DNA of 64,000 nucleotides from an uncultured Verrucomicrobiae bacterium (GTDB taxonomy: Bacteria > Verrucomicrobiota > Verrucomicrobiia > Limisphaerales > Palsa-1400): the NCBI GenBank assembly GCA_963764165.1, contig CAVXRD010000002.1, positions 704,001 to 768,000 of the forward strand, written 5' to 3'. The notes under the pieces are model-generated. The model made no database searches and was not told the DNA's origin. It saw nothing but the letters and a program-made list of their open reading frames with translations. Shown here in pieces: positions 10,257-19,224 of the stretch; within the stretch, counting starts at the first letter, position 1, and every line of letters begins with the position of its first letter. The position numbers and the translations under genes are program-made.

Positions 10257-10280
10257 CGGGGAGGAAAGGGTTCTGAAATT

Positions 10281-10310
10281 AAACAGGAGAAAAACCGAGA
10301 GAACAGAGAA
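10281..10310. repeat. Half copy of the AAACAGGAG palindrome family
   Basis: AAACAGGAGAAAAACCGAGAG closely matches the reverse complement of the right arm at ~42790-42811. Confidence 0.55.
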
Positions 10311-10332
10311 AAATGGCCTTTGAGGTTGCAAC

Positions 10333-10595
10333 GGGCGCATCTCACTTTTTGGCAATCCCTTGCCGACGAAACGCGGATTCCCTCGCCCCGCCCAGCGGGG
10401 AGAGGGTTAGGGAGAGGGGAGCTTAGCAAACGACTAAAATCCATCGGCCTCAATGCGCATCGCCTCGCCTAGCATTAACGAGTTGCCCCTCTCTCCTTCT
10501 CTCTCCCCGCCAAGCGTGGCGGGGAGAGAGCGATCACTTGTCGCTCTGCGGAGCTTTTTGCAGAAGTCCGCCCTCACTAAAACTGAGATGCGCCC
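10333..10595. mobile_element. MITE-like element with terminal inverted repeats and 9-bp target duplication, carrying CCCTCTCCC-type hairpins
   Basis: TIRs GGGCGCATCTCACTTTT / AAAACTGAGATGCGCCC; GGTTGCAAC directly repeated at 10324-10332 and 10596-10604. Confidence 0.8.
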
Positions 10596-10604
10596 GGTTG
10601 CAAC

Positions 10605-10820
10605 CGGCGTATCTCATTTTATCTCAAGGCTACTATGTCGCCCCGATGGGGCTTAGGAGGTTTTTCGGGCGTGTAACTACAAATATCGGCGCTCGAGCCA
10701 GCTTCTGGCGCCAGATCAGAAGCCCCGTCAGGGGCGAAATATTTGTAGTAACCGATGCTCAAGGTATAAGCCCCGTAGGTGGCGGCATAAACATGTGGAG
10801 GTGCAAAGTGAGATACCCCC
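10605..10820. mobile_element. Second, degenerate MITE of the same TIR family, carrying GCCCC-N-GGGGC REP-like hairpins
   Basis: CGGCGTATCTCATTTT / AAAGTGAGATACCCCC ends; internal GCCCCGATGGGGC, GCCCCGTCAGGGGC and CTACAAATAT...ATATTTGTAG. Confidence 0.6.
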
Positions 10821-10945
10821 CATTGCACCGATGATTTTTCCATCTCCGTTTCCTCGGACTTCCTCCTGTTCAAACCGCCCAAGCAATTTTCAAAACACGC
10901 TCTAAAAACCCGGCTTGACCGCGACACCTCGCAAGTGTGCATTTG

Positions 10946-11209
10946 ATGGGTATGACCGATGTGACTTCCAAGACACTGCACGAAAAGACCGGACAACTTC
11001 TGGATCGCGCGCGTCAGGGCGAGCGATTCCGTGTATTGGGAGACGGTCGCGCAGACGTCTTTCTGGTCCCTGCGGCGGAGTCAATGGATCCGGAGTGACT
11101 CGAGATCATGGCGGAAGTTTGGAAGGCGCAGAAAAAATCCGGGGCGACGCGCCCAAACCCCGTGTTGAAGGAGAGGAAAGCACGGAAGTATGCCGCTCGT
11201 TTACGCTGA
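10946..11209 (+). pseudogene. Phd/YefM-like antitoxin with internal nonsense codon
   Basis: MGMTDVTSKTLHEKTGQLLDRARQGERFRV...DPE, TGA at 11096-11098, then the frame continues LEIMAEVWKAQ...RLR to a stop at 11207-11209 overlapping the PIN gene start. Confidence 0.7.
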
Positions 11210-11656
11210 CACGTCAGCCCTGTTTGCGTTCTTCCGCGCGAAGGGCATTGAGGAGTTTTGGACCTGCGATGAGGAGCAATCAAAGGCTGTAAAGGTGGCG
11301 GGGTTGAAACTCCGCCTGTTGGTTCCTCGCTGTTTTCAATGGAACAATGATGGTGCAGGCATCTTGATGGAAATTTTCAGGGAACGACGGAAAGACGCCG
11401 CGTTTCATGCAACCAGACAGCGCGGGAAGAAATGTTGCGGGTCTGTTGCGGGTTTGTTGCTATTTTTGTTGCCCCTTATCTCGTTGATGGTCAACCGTGT
11501 AGCGGGTGTTGCCCCTTTTTCGAGATCATACATTATACCGAGCTTTGGCCAAGCCAGTGCCAATCCTGGATTCCAAATGGGTTGTCCCGCAGCGACGGCT
11601 GACGAGTTGCCTCATTCCACCGAAAATGGCGAGGAACCCGCCTGTTTGCCCTTTGA
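11190..11656 (+). pseudogene. VapC/PIN toxin remnant (internal deletion plus MITE insertion)
   Basis: PIN N-terminus VYADTSAL joined directly to PIN C-terminus FWTCDEEQSKAVKVAGL. Removing the 11320-11639 element and one target copy restores ...GLKLRLFAL* (stop 11654-11656). Confidence 0.7.
11320..11639. mobile_element. 320-bp MITE (GGGTTCCTC TIR family) with 6-bp target duplication
   Basis: Ends TGGTTCCTCGCTGTTTTCAATGGAA / TTCCACCGAAAATGGCGAGGAACCC; GCCTGT at 11314-11319 and 11640-11645. Confidence 0.8.
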
Positions 11657-11708
11657 ATTCCATATCAGGGGGCGCCGCAAAGGGCAGATCGCCTCGTTTC
11701 CGCTTAAG

Positions 11709-12923
11709 CTAAGTGATGGGTTTTCGCTCCGAAAATTGCGGGTCGCGCCACGCTTTTGTTAACATGACATCTCGCAAAATATCGCCGGCGTTCCATGCGT
11801 CTTCATGGCTTAGATAAAGCGGCGTCAATCCGAAGCGGAGTATGTCGGGCTCCCGGAAATCGCCGATGACGCCGCGCGCGATCAGTGCCTGGATGATGGC
11901 ATAGGCGTCAGGGTGGCGGAAACTTATGTGGCTGCCTCGTTCCGCGGCTTTGCGTGGTGTGACGCATTCAAGTCCAATCAAGTCTCCGGCCTGGGCGAGA
12001 ATGCCGAAGAGCGCCTCGCTCTTTTTCCACACCACGTCACGATCCACGTTGTGCCAGAGGTCGATGCCGCCCTCCAGCGCGGCCATTGCGAGGATGGGCG
12101 GAGTGCCCGCCAGCCAGCGCGTCATGCCGAGCGCGGGCGAATAAGCGTCCGCAAACGCGAACGGGGCGGCGTGCCCCATCCACCCCGAAAGCGGACTTGC
12201 GAGTCGCTCCTGCCAGCGCGCGGCCACGTAGAGAAACGCGGGTGCGCCGGGGCTGCCGTTGAGATACTTGTATGTGCAGCCCACCGCAAGATCGGCGCCC
12301 GCGGCAGTCAAATCGACGGGAATTGCGCCGGTCGAATGGCTGAGGTCCCAAAGCACCACCGCGCCAGCTTTGTGCGCGGCGGCTGTCATCGCGGTCATGT
12401 CAAAACGCGCGCCTGTCTTGTAGTGGACGTGGGTCAGCACGAGCACTGCCGTGTCGCGTCCAAGGGCTGCCGCAATTTCGCCGCGCGGAACTGCTTTCAG
12501 CACGGCGCCGGGAACGCAGCCTGCCGCGCCCTCCGCGACGTGAAGATCGGTTGGAAAATTCCCCTGCTCGCTGACTATCACGCGCCGCGCCGGATCGATT
12601 CGCAGCGCGGCAACCAGAAGTTTAAATAGATTGGCGGACGTGGAGTCGGCGACGATGACCTCACGGGCTGCCGCGCCAATCAATGCCGCGATTTTTGCTC
12701 CGATGCGCTGGGGCGATTCCATCCAGCCTTCATTCCAACTTCGGATCAGCCGCTCGCCCCATTGGCGGTTGGTCGCGTCGGCGAGGACGTCGACCGTGGC
12801 CTTCGGCAAAGCGCCGAGCGAGTTGCCATCGAGATAGATGACTCCTTGCGGAAGCGCAAAACGCTGCTTCATCGAAGCGAGCGGGTCAGCGGCGTCAAGC
12901 GCGCGTGCCTCTTCGCGTGTCAC
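11709..12923 (-). CDS. kynU: Kynureninase
   Basis: IYLDGNSLG, WDLSHSTG, VGCTYKYLNG (PLP lysine), RGSHISF. GTG start at 12923 overlaps the upstream stop (GTGA). Confidence 0.95.
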   Translation of the reverse strand: MTREEARALDAADPLASMKQRFALPQGVIYLDGNSLGALPKATVDVLADATNRQWGERLIRSWNEGWMESPQRIGAKIAALIGAAAREVIVADSTSANLFKLLVAALRIDPARRVIVSEQGNFPTDLHVAEGAAGCVPGAVLKAVPRGEIAAALGRDTAVLVLTHVHYKTGARFDMTAMTAAAHKAGAVVLWDLSHSTGAIPVDLTAAGADLAVGCTYKYLNGSPGAPAFLYVAARWQERLASPLSGWMGHAAPFAFADAYSPALGMTRWLAGTPPILAMAALEGGIDLWHNVDRDVVWKKSEALFGILAQAGDLIGLECVTPRKAAERGSHISFRHPDAYAIIQALIARGVIGDFREPDILRFGLTPLYLSHEDAWNAGDILRDVMLTKAWRDPQFSERKPIT

Positions 12924-13798
12924 TTGCCCAGCGCTTTCTTGATCAGCCGCTTGGACTCGGCCCATGCGGCGGACTCCGGCGCAATAAGTTCCACATGGCC
13001 GGTGCCTGGCATAACGTGAAGCGCAACCACGTCTCCGGCCGCAGTTGCTTTCGCGACATAATCAACCGCCATGCGGCCCGGAATGATTTTGTCCTCGCGG
13101 CCGTTGACAAGATCCTGCGGAACGCCAAGCGGAAAGAGCCTCGGCACCGAAGTGTCGGCATAAGGCTCCGTGCGCCGGGTGCCAATGAGTCGCGCCACAA
13201 CTTCGCACCCGCAGCCGTTATCAGGGCTTGTTGCGGTCGCTTCCAAATCCGGCAATCCTCCAAGCGAGACGACATGAGCGATGCGCAATGGATTTTCGGA
13301 ATGCAGAGGACTCGCCTTGGGCAGCTTCGGGCGCCCCGCGAGCCACAATGCCAGATGGCCGCCTGCCGAATGGCCAACCGCAACCACCGCATTTGTGTCA
13401 AGATGATATTTTGCCGCGTCCGCCGCCATCTGGTCAGCCGCCTTTGCCACGTCGCTGAACGTGCCAGGATATCCGCCGCCCGCGCGGTCGACGCCGCGAT
13501 ACTCTATATTCCACACCGCGATTCCGTCCTTGCGCAGATCGTCGGAAATCCAGTCCATGATATGCCGGTCCGCGATGGCAGTCTGCCAGCAGCCGCCATG
13601 AACCATGACGACGACCGGAAACTCGCCCTTCCCTTCAGGCAGCCAGAGATCAATTTTCTGCAGCGAGTCGGCGCCGTAATCAATGGTCGTTGTCGGGCGT
13701 GGATGCGGGCGATTCAGGAGATCAGGCCAAGTCATGAGCGGGGCGCCGGCGGCAATAGAGACGGCAATCATCGTGATCAAGATGGTGGCAACGCGCAC
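12920..13798 (-). CDS. Alpha/beta hydrolase (esterase/formamidase-like) with N-terminal signal-like segment
   Basis: VHGGCW, NIEYR, GHSAGG nucleophile elbow, GREDKII and GHVELI. Confidence 0.85.
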   Translation of the reverse strand: MRVATILITMIAVSIAAGAPLMTWPDLLNRPHPRPTTTIDYGADSLQKIDLWLPEGKGEFPVVVMVHGGCWQTAIADRHIMDWISDDLRKDGIAVWNIEYRGVDRAGGGYPGTFSDVAKAADQMAADAAKYHLDTNAVVAVGHSAGGHLALWLAGRPKLPKASPLHSENPLRIAHVVSLGGLPDLEATATSPDNGCGCEVVARLIGTRRTEPYADTSVPRLFPLGVPQDLVNGREDKIIPGRMAVDYVAKATAAGDVVALHVMPGTGHVELIAPESAAWAESKRLIKKALGK

Positions 13799-13865
13799 GA
13801 CGGACGTTAAAAAACGCGGAGCGAGCTTTCAATCCCAAAGCAATCGCTGAATTGCAATGGAGCAT

Positions 13866-13886
13866 CAGGTTTGAAAACCTGCGCTA
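13866..13886. repeat. Short REP-like hairpin between glf and the hydrolase gene
   Basis: CAGGTT-TGAA-AACCTG followed by CGCTAC. Confidence 0.3.
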
Positions 13887-14984
13887 CCCTTGGTCTTGCG
13901 CGGCGGTTCCGTTCAAAATGCGTGTGGCGAGGAGTTGCGCGCGGGCAATGGCTTGGTCCATGTCGTAATAACGGTACTCGCCGAGGCGGCCGCAAATCAA
14001 AAGATCCGGCGTGGCTTTGGCCCGTTCGCGATAGGCTTGGTAAAGCTTCGAGTTTTTTTCGTCCGGGAACGGATACTCGAAGGCGTTCGGATCCGTTGGC
14101 GTGACCGTTATCTCACGGGTCAGTACGGTGCCGCGGATGCGTTTGGCGTATTCCGGCTGCATCATCTGCTTCCATTCCAGCGTGCGAATGTGCGGGCCGG
14201 TCGTTGGATCGGGATTGTTGACCTGGCCGCAAGGCTGGGCGAAATCGACGTCCGGCAAATACTCGTGGTGGCGCTGCTGGCCGCGATAGGTCAATCGGCC
14301 CAAATCGCAGCCGAAGTATTCATCAATGGGGCCGGTGAAGATCGTCATCCCGGCGTCTTTGAACTGGTCGCGATTGTTTAGATAATCGCAATTGAGCAGC
14401 ACCGGGACGCCCTTGAACATGTTGATCATCAAATCTGAGTAGCCCTTTTCGGGGATGCCCTGGTACTTGTGCCGCATCAGGCGCGGCTCATCGTCTTCGC
14501 GGACGTCGAAGCGCCGGGCCAGTCCCGCGGAGAGCGAGGTGGCTGGGACGCCCCATTGTTTCTCGTTGTAGCCCTTGACGAATTTCTCGTAGACTATCCG
14601 CGGCATGATCGAGAGCGAGGCTTCCTCGAAATTGGCGGGCGTGCCTTTGAATTCCGGCTCCCATTTCGGACCGAGGACGCGGCGAATGTAGCTGCCGGCG
14701 ATGGGCCAGTTCTCATACTTCCCATCGACCAACGACACCAGCGCCGCTTCGTATTTGTAAAAGCTAGCGAAGCGGTTGACGAAGGCCCACAGATCATCGT
14801 CGTTGGTGCGAAAATAATGGGGGCCGTAGGTGTGAATGCGAATGCCGCTGGGATGGCAATGATCATGGACATTCCCGCCAACGTGTGTGCGCCTGTCCAC
14901 CACCAAAACTTGCCGTCCTGCGTCCACAAGCGCGCGGGCGATCACGGCTCCGGTCAGGCCGGATCCAACGATGAGATACTTCAT
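13884..14984 (-). CDS. glf: UDP-galactopyranose mutase
   Basis: IVGSGLTG, HVGGN, HTYGPHYFRT, GYNEKQWG and GRLGEYRYYDMDQ; ATG at 14984. Confidence 0.95.
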   Translation of the reverse strand: MKYLIVGSGLTGAVIARALVDAGRQVLVVDRRTHVGGNVHDHCHPSGIRIHTYGPHYFRTNDDDLWAFVNRFASFYKYEAALVSLVDGKYENWPIAGSYIRRVLGPKWEPEFKGTPANFEEASLSIMPRIVYEKFVKGYNEKQWGVPATSLSAGLARRFDVREDDEPRLMRHKYQGIPEKGYSDLMINMFKGVPVLLNCDYLNNRDQFKDAGMTIFTGPIDEYFGCDLGRLTYRGQQRHHEYLPDVDFAQPCGQVNNPDPTTGPHIRTLEWKQMMQPEYAKRIRGTVLTREITVTPTDPNAFEYPFPDEKNSKLYQAYRERAKATPDLLICGRLGEYRYYDMDQAIARAQLLATRILNGTAAQDQG

Positions 14985-15376
14985 ATTCAGATAGCTATGC
15001 CTTTTGGCGGAGGAAAGCTCAACAAATCCGCCGGGAACGGTCAACCTAATTGAATCACGAGCCAGCCGCTTGCAAAATGCCGTGGTGGCAGACCCGTCGG
15101 TGACGCAACGCGGCTTTTGGCAGGGTCGCCCGCTGAGCCGAACCGAGGCCATGGCGTGGCAGCGCTGTTTGGTCGAATTTGAGATTGATTAACCACTTTC
15201 CGAAATTCCCTTTTTTTCCCAGACACATAACGACTGCATTATTAAAAATGGCACATGGGCAGCGTGGAGGCACGCAAATCAGCTTACAAAATCTGATTTG
15301 CGCCGCCGTCGATTCATCGCGTCAAATGGACTTGCGCCGGTTCGAGTCTTACCTCACGATGCCGCGCCGAGAAAGA

Positions 15377-16672
15377 ATGACGCTCCTTAAAAAACTGGCC
15401 TCGCACCGTTTTGCAAAACAGGCAGCCAAAATCATCCTTTACCTTGGCCTTTCCCGGCTGATCACGTTTGCCGCCACGATCTACGCCCAGAATTGCCTTG
15501 GTTCGAAAAAGCTCGGTGTGTCGGGGTTCCTTACGCCTGTCTCCCTCTGGCTCACACTGTTTGTAACTTGTTCGCTCGATCCGCTTTTTATCCGGCGGTA
15601 CAAAACAGCCGCGACAAAGGAGGAACGCGAGGGGTGGATCGAGACCGCCATGAGCCAGCGGTTTTTCCTGAGCATGGCCATCGGGCTGCTGGCGATGGGG
15701 GTCGCATGGGTGATTCATCCGCCCGCGGACTGGTGGCTGGGAATCTGGGCATCGTGGCCGTTGCTGGTGTTCACCGCGATTCTGCCCGCCTGGATCAACA
15801 TGGCAGAAGAGGATATGCCGGCCAATTTTCGGGCCTCGACAGTAGCCGCGTTATGCACGGCGGGATTGTACATGACTTTCCGCCCTGGCCAGCCCGCTGG
15901 GTGGGACGTCGTGGTGATGGCGGTGGCGGCCGTAATTCAGTTCTTCGTGCAATGCCATTCCGCCCTAAAACGGCTGTGGCCCCTTCCCATTCGCTGGAGC
16001 AAAATGCGTGGATTCTGGCCTGTTTTTCATGAAGGCCGCTGGCTCTTTGTCTCCGGAATTCTCATCTATGTCTATGTTGCGATGGAATCGCCGATGCTGG
16101 AATTGTTTTCATCGCAAGAAGAACTCGGCAAGTACTCAGCCGCCACAAAGCTGATCGCGTCAGCCCAGCAAATCCTGACTCTGGTCCCTGCCCTGCTGTT
16201 TCCCCGTTTCGTGGAATGGCGCAAGCTCGGCGCGGACGTAATGTGGCGCAAGCAATTGAAGCTGGCGGGAATCTTGTTTCTGTTAAGCGCGCCGGTGTGC
16301 GTGCTGGCCTTTGTGCTTTCGCCGATGGTGTTCCGGCTTCTTTACCGCGGGGATCTGGCGGAATCCGCCATCCCTTTTGCGGTTCTCTTCACGTCAAAGG
16401 TGGTTGTGGTCTTCAACGGATTGTTTGCCCAGGGCTTGTGGGCGCAAGCGGAAGACAAGAAGGTGTTTTGGGTCATATTTCCAACCGCGGCCATCAGCTT
16501 TCTCTGCAATATCTATCTGCTGCCCAAATACGGCATGTACGCGGCGTGCAGCGTCAACCTCTTTAGCGAACTATTGGTGCTGGCCGGCTGCTTCATCCTT
16601 GCGCGCCAGCACGTCAAAATCGCCATGGCCAACGACCAAGGAAGCCCGATTGCGCCGGAACCCACTTTCTAA
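15377..16672 (+). CDS. wzx: Wzx-like polysaccharide flippase (MOP superfamily)
   Basis: Many hydrophobic segments; ELGKYSAATKL, LLFPRF and NIYLLPKYGMYAA patterns; polysaccharide locus context. Start uncertain. Confidence 0.8.
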   Translation: MTLLKKLASHRFAKQAAKIILYLGLSRLITFAATIYAQNCLGSKKLGVSGFLTPVSLWLTLFVTCSLDPLFIRRYKTAATKEEREGWIETAMSQRFFLSMAIGLLAMGVAWVIHPPADWWLGIWASWPLLVFTAILPAWINMAEEDMPANFRASTVAALCTAGLYMTFRPGQPAGWDVVVMAVAAVIQFFVQCHSALKRLWPLPIRWSKMRGFWPVFHEGRWLFVSGILIYVYVAMESPMLELFSSQEELGKYSAATKLIASAQQILTLVPALLFPRFVEWRKLGADVMWRKQLKLAGILFLLSAPVCVLAFVLSPMVFRLLYRGDLAESAIPFAVLFTSKVVVVFNGLFAQGLWAQAEDKKVFWVIFPTAAISFLCNIYLLPKYGMYAACSVNLFSELLVLAGCFILARQHVKIAMANDQGSPIAPEPTF

Positions 16673-16719
16673 AGAGGCCGGTCAAAAACAGGCAGCAGCG
16701 AAATTTTGGCAAAAAACTC

Positions 16720-16748
16720 TTGCAACTCGGCCCCAGTCAGGGTAATAA
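16720..16748 (+). promoter_or_regulatory. Putative sigma70 promoter
   Basis: TTGCAA-N17-TAATAA preceded by an A-tract, ~280 bp upstream of the 17032 ORF. Confidence 0.4.
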
Positions 16749-17031
16749 GAGGCTTGATAGGTGGCGTTGCTTCTTTCCGTTGCTATTCAGGTTTGGGCTC
16801 TGAGACAGCCATGCATTTGTTTACAAGGCGGTGATGGCGTATGTCGCTGACGGAAAGGGAATTAAATCATTGCAGATCTGAAGAAAGCGAACGGGGTCGG
16901 CATTGGAAATGCAACCAGGGACACAGGATTGCAGGTGAGCAAAATCGGAAGTTTGCCGTTGCGAACTGACGGGGCGGAGCTTTTGCCAACAATTGACTTA
17001 TTAAAACTTATCCGACAATCCTTACCATAAG

Positions 17032-17664
17032 GTGAACGTCCATCTTAAGAAATGGGGTGTAATACTGACCACCGTCGTTGCTGTAATGGTGTTGGACTGC
17101 TTGGTCCCCGCGAGGGGGGGAAATGCCAGGGAAGCGACGCCGTTTCTTGCTCTCAGCGCCGTTTCGGTTCCAGAAATGCCCGCCAAAGCGGCAGAATTGG
17201 TCGCCGAAGCTGAACCTGCGGCGCGCGATCTTGTCACCGATGATGTGTTGCGAGCCGCCGCCACCATGACCAAGCCCGGGGTGATGCCGTACTTGGTGAG
17301 CGCCATATGCCATCGATGCCCGACCAACGCAGAGGCGGCGGTGACGACGGCGACTGAACTTCAACCTGATGATGTGCTGATTTTCGTCAAAGCCGCCATT
17401 TGTGCCGCTCCAGGGGAAGTTGAAAAAATCGTCTATTCCGCATGCAAGGAAGCTCCGAACCATTCGGCCAATATTGCGCTGATTGCATCGCGGGAATTGC
17501 CCAGCCAGAAGAATCTGGTGCTGGCAGGATTTGCCAACGCTTTGCCGGGCTTGCAAACGTATCTGGAGAAGGCCAAGCTCCAAGTAGGGACAAACGACAG
17601 CGATGCGGTCATAAAACAAACAGCCCAGCTTTGGGCGGAAGCTGCGAAAGGGCAGCGGCACTAA
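17032..17664 (+). CDS. Exported Ala-rich helical hypothetical protein
   Basis: N-terminal hydrophobic segment; short repeated AA-x-P helical units; co-oriented with the barrel gene. Confidence 0.65.
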   Translation: MNVHLKKWGVILTTVVAVMVLDCLVPARGGNAREATPFLALSAVSVPEMPAKAAELVAEAEPAARDLVTDDVLRAAATMTKPGVMPYLVSAICHRCPTNAEAAVTTATELQPDDVLIFVKAAICAAPGEVEKIVYSACKEAPNHSANIALIASRELPSQKNLVLAGFANALPGLQTYLEKAKLQVGTNDSDAVIKQTAQLWAEAAKGQRH

Positions 17665-17738
17665 TTTTGTGGCGACTGGATTCTAAACTGAAATGGAGGC
17701 GGGGATGCTCACTTGCCTTGCAACCAATTATTTGATTA

Positions 17739-19076
17739 ATGCAAATCGATGCATCTCTGCGGCGTTGCGTGTTGCGGCAAGGCGGTATTATGTTGGCGGT
17801 GGCGGGATTCTTGGCAACGGGGATCGCGGCGCTGGCGCAAGATCAGGCTGGGCCAACGGCGGGCACCAACGGCGCGGCGCCCGCCTACGCCAACGAATCA
17901 ACGAGTGATTCATTTCTAAACAAGCTTTGGGATCGCCGTCTCGGCCCGTTTAATTTGCATCCAAGGCTGATGACCAGCTTCACCTACGATAACAACATCC
18001 TCCTCTCCACGTCTGACAAGGAAGCCGACGGGATCTGGATGGTGCAGCCCGGCTTGCAGGCGGTCGCTGGGGACGACGCGGCGCTCATTGCTTTTCGGCA
18101 GGAATACAACGATGTCCTGAGTTTGACGCCAGGCAATATGATTGTGGTGCCGGCAGAATGGCGCGCGGGGAAATTGCTGATGCTGGATTACGCGCCGCGC
18201 TTCCAGGAATTTGACCGATACACCTCGAACGATTCATTGGACCAGTTCGCGACCTTTGATTTCCTGTATCCCATGAACAAGTTCGTCTTTGGCGCCAAAC
18301 AAGACTATTCGGACCAGAAGATGACGATCGTCGAAGCGGGCCAGCGGACCGTCGTTGAGTCGATGACGACAACGCTTTCCGGCGCATATGAATTCGGCGA
18401 AAAGACCTCTGTTGAAGCCGATTTCCACCGCCTGAGCGTCGACTACGCCGCCACCGATTTGGTCGGCTACACCGAATACAACACCGAGGATTGGTTCAAT
18501 TACAACCTGGCGGAAGACATGCCCGTCAGTTTGGGTGTGCTGGCGGGAGAAGACATCGTGGCGGACCATCAAGACGAAACCTATGAGCAATTGCGCTTGC
18601 GGGGGCGTTATCTCCGCACGCAGAAACTCACGCTGGACCTCTCGGCGGGTGGCGAATTGCGGCAGTATCAAAATGGAAATCCGATGGTGTTCAACCCGGT
18701 ATTTTCACTGCTTGGAGAGTATCGCCCCGGGCCGCGAACCACTGTGCGCCTGAACGCTTATCGCACCTTGTACGCCTCGATTTTTAACGGTTACAATTAC
18801 ACCAGCACCGGCGCTACGGTGGACTTGTCCCAGGGCATCACCAGCCGTTATACCGCGACTTTGAGCTTCGGCTATTTCGGGCAGGATGCAACCACCGTGA
18901 CCCGGCCCATCGTCACGCATACGGACAGCTACAGCTCGGTTCGATTCAGTTTTGCGGCGAAGATCGCCCGTCACTTCACCGGTTCGATATTTTGGCAGTG
19001 GCTGAACCGCCAATCGCAGTTCGACGGCGGCCTGGATGACAGCCAGTTCGGCGTGCAATTGAATCTTAATTATTGA
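17739..19076 (+). CDS. Outer-membrane beta-barrel protein (polysaccharide-export associated, BBP2-like)
   Basis: Signal peptide; LHPRLMTSFTYDNNI start motif; alternating amphipathic strands; terminal GVQLNLNY aromatic end. Confidence 0.75.
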   Translation: MQIDASLRRCVLRQGGIMLAVAGFLATGIAALAQDQAGPTAGTNGAAPAYANESTSDSFLNKLWDRRLGPFNLHPRLMTSFTYDNNILLSTSDKEADGIWMVQPGLQAVAGDDAALIAFRQEYNDVLSLTPGNMIVVPAEWRAGKLLMLDYAPRFQEFDRYTSNDSLDQFATFDFLYPMNKFVFGAKQDYSDQKMTIVEAGQRTVVESMTTTLSGAYEFGEKTSVEADFHRLSVDYAATDLVGYTEYNTEDWFNYNLAEDMPVSLGVLAGEDIVADHQDETYEQLRLRGRYLRTQKLTLDLSAGGELRQYQNGNPMVFNPVFSLLGEYRPGPRTTVRLNAYRTLYASIFNGYNYTSTGATVDLSQGITSRYTATLSFGYFGQDATTVTRPIVTHTDSYSSVRFSFAAKIARHFTGSIFWQWLNRQSQFDGGLDDSQFGVQLNLNY

Positions 19077-19224
19077 CGTTTTTAGTTGGCACAGCGCCTG
19101 ATCCCCTGTAGAGTCCGAGTTATTCACCATTGTTCTCCTTGAAAGCAGTCATTTGCCTTTAGCCGGCACACCTGAGCCCGTCCAAGCGACCGAGCCGGCC
19201 CGCAATTCAGAACCAGTTCATCCC

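Noticed and set aside
10324..10829. CRISPR array
   Set aside because: The direct repeat is only 9 bp, units exceed 200 bp and have terminal inverted repeats, and there are no cas genes.
11096..11098. In-frame TGA as selenocysteine or recoded Trp
   Set aside because: TGA is the normal stop of many genes here (argG, GxxExxY, ACP) and the partner toxin is also broken, so a nonsense mutation is simpler.
11190..11762. 190-aa ORF as a real protein
   Set aside because: It is a PIN remnant read through a MITE.
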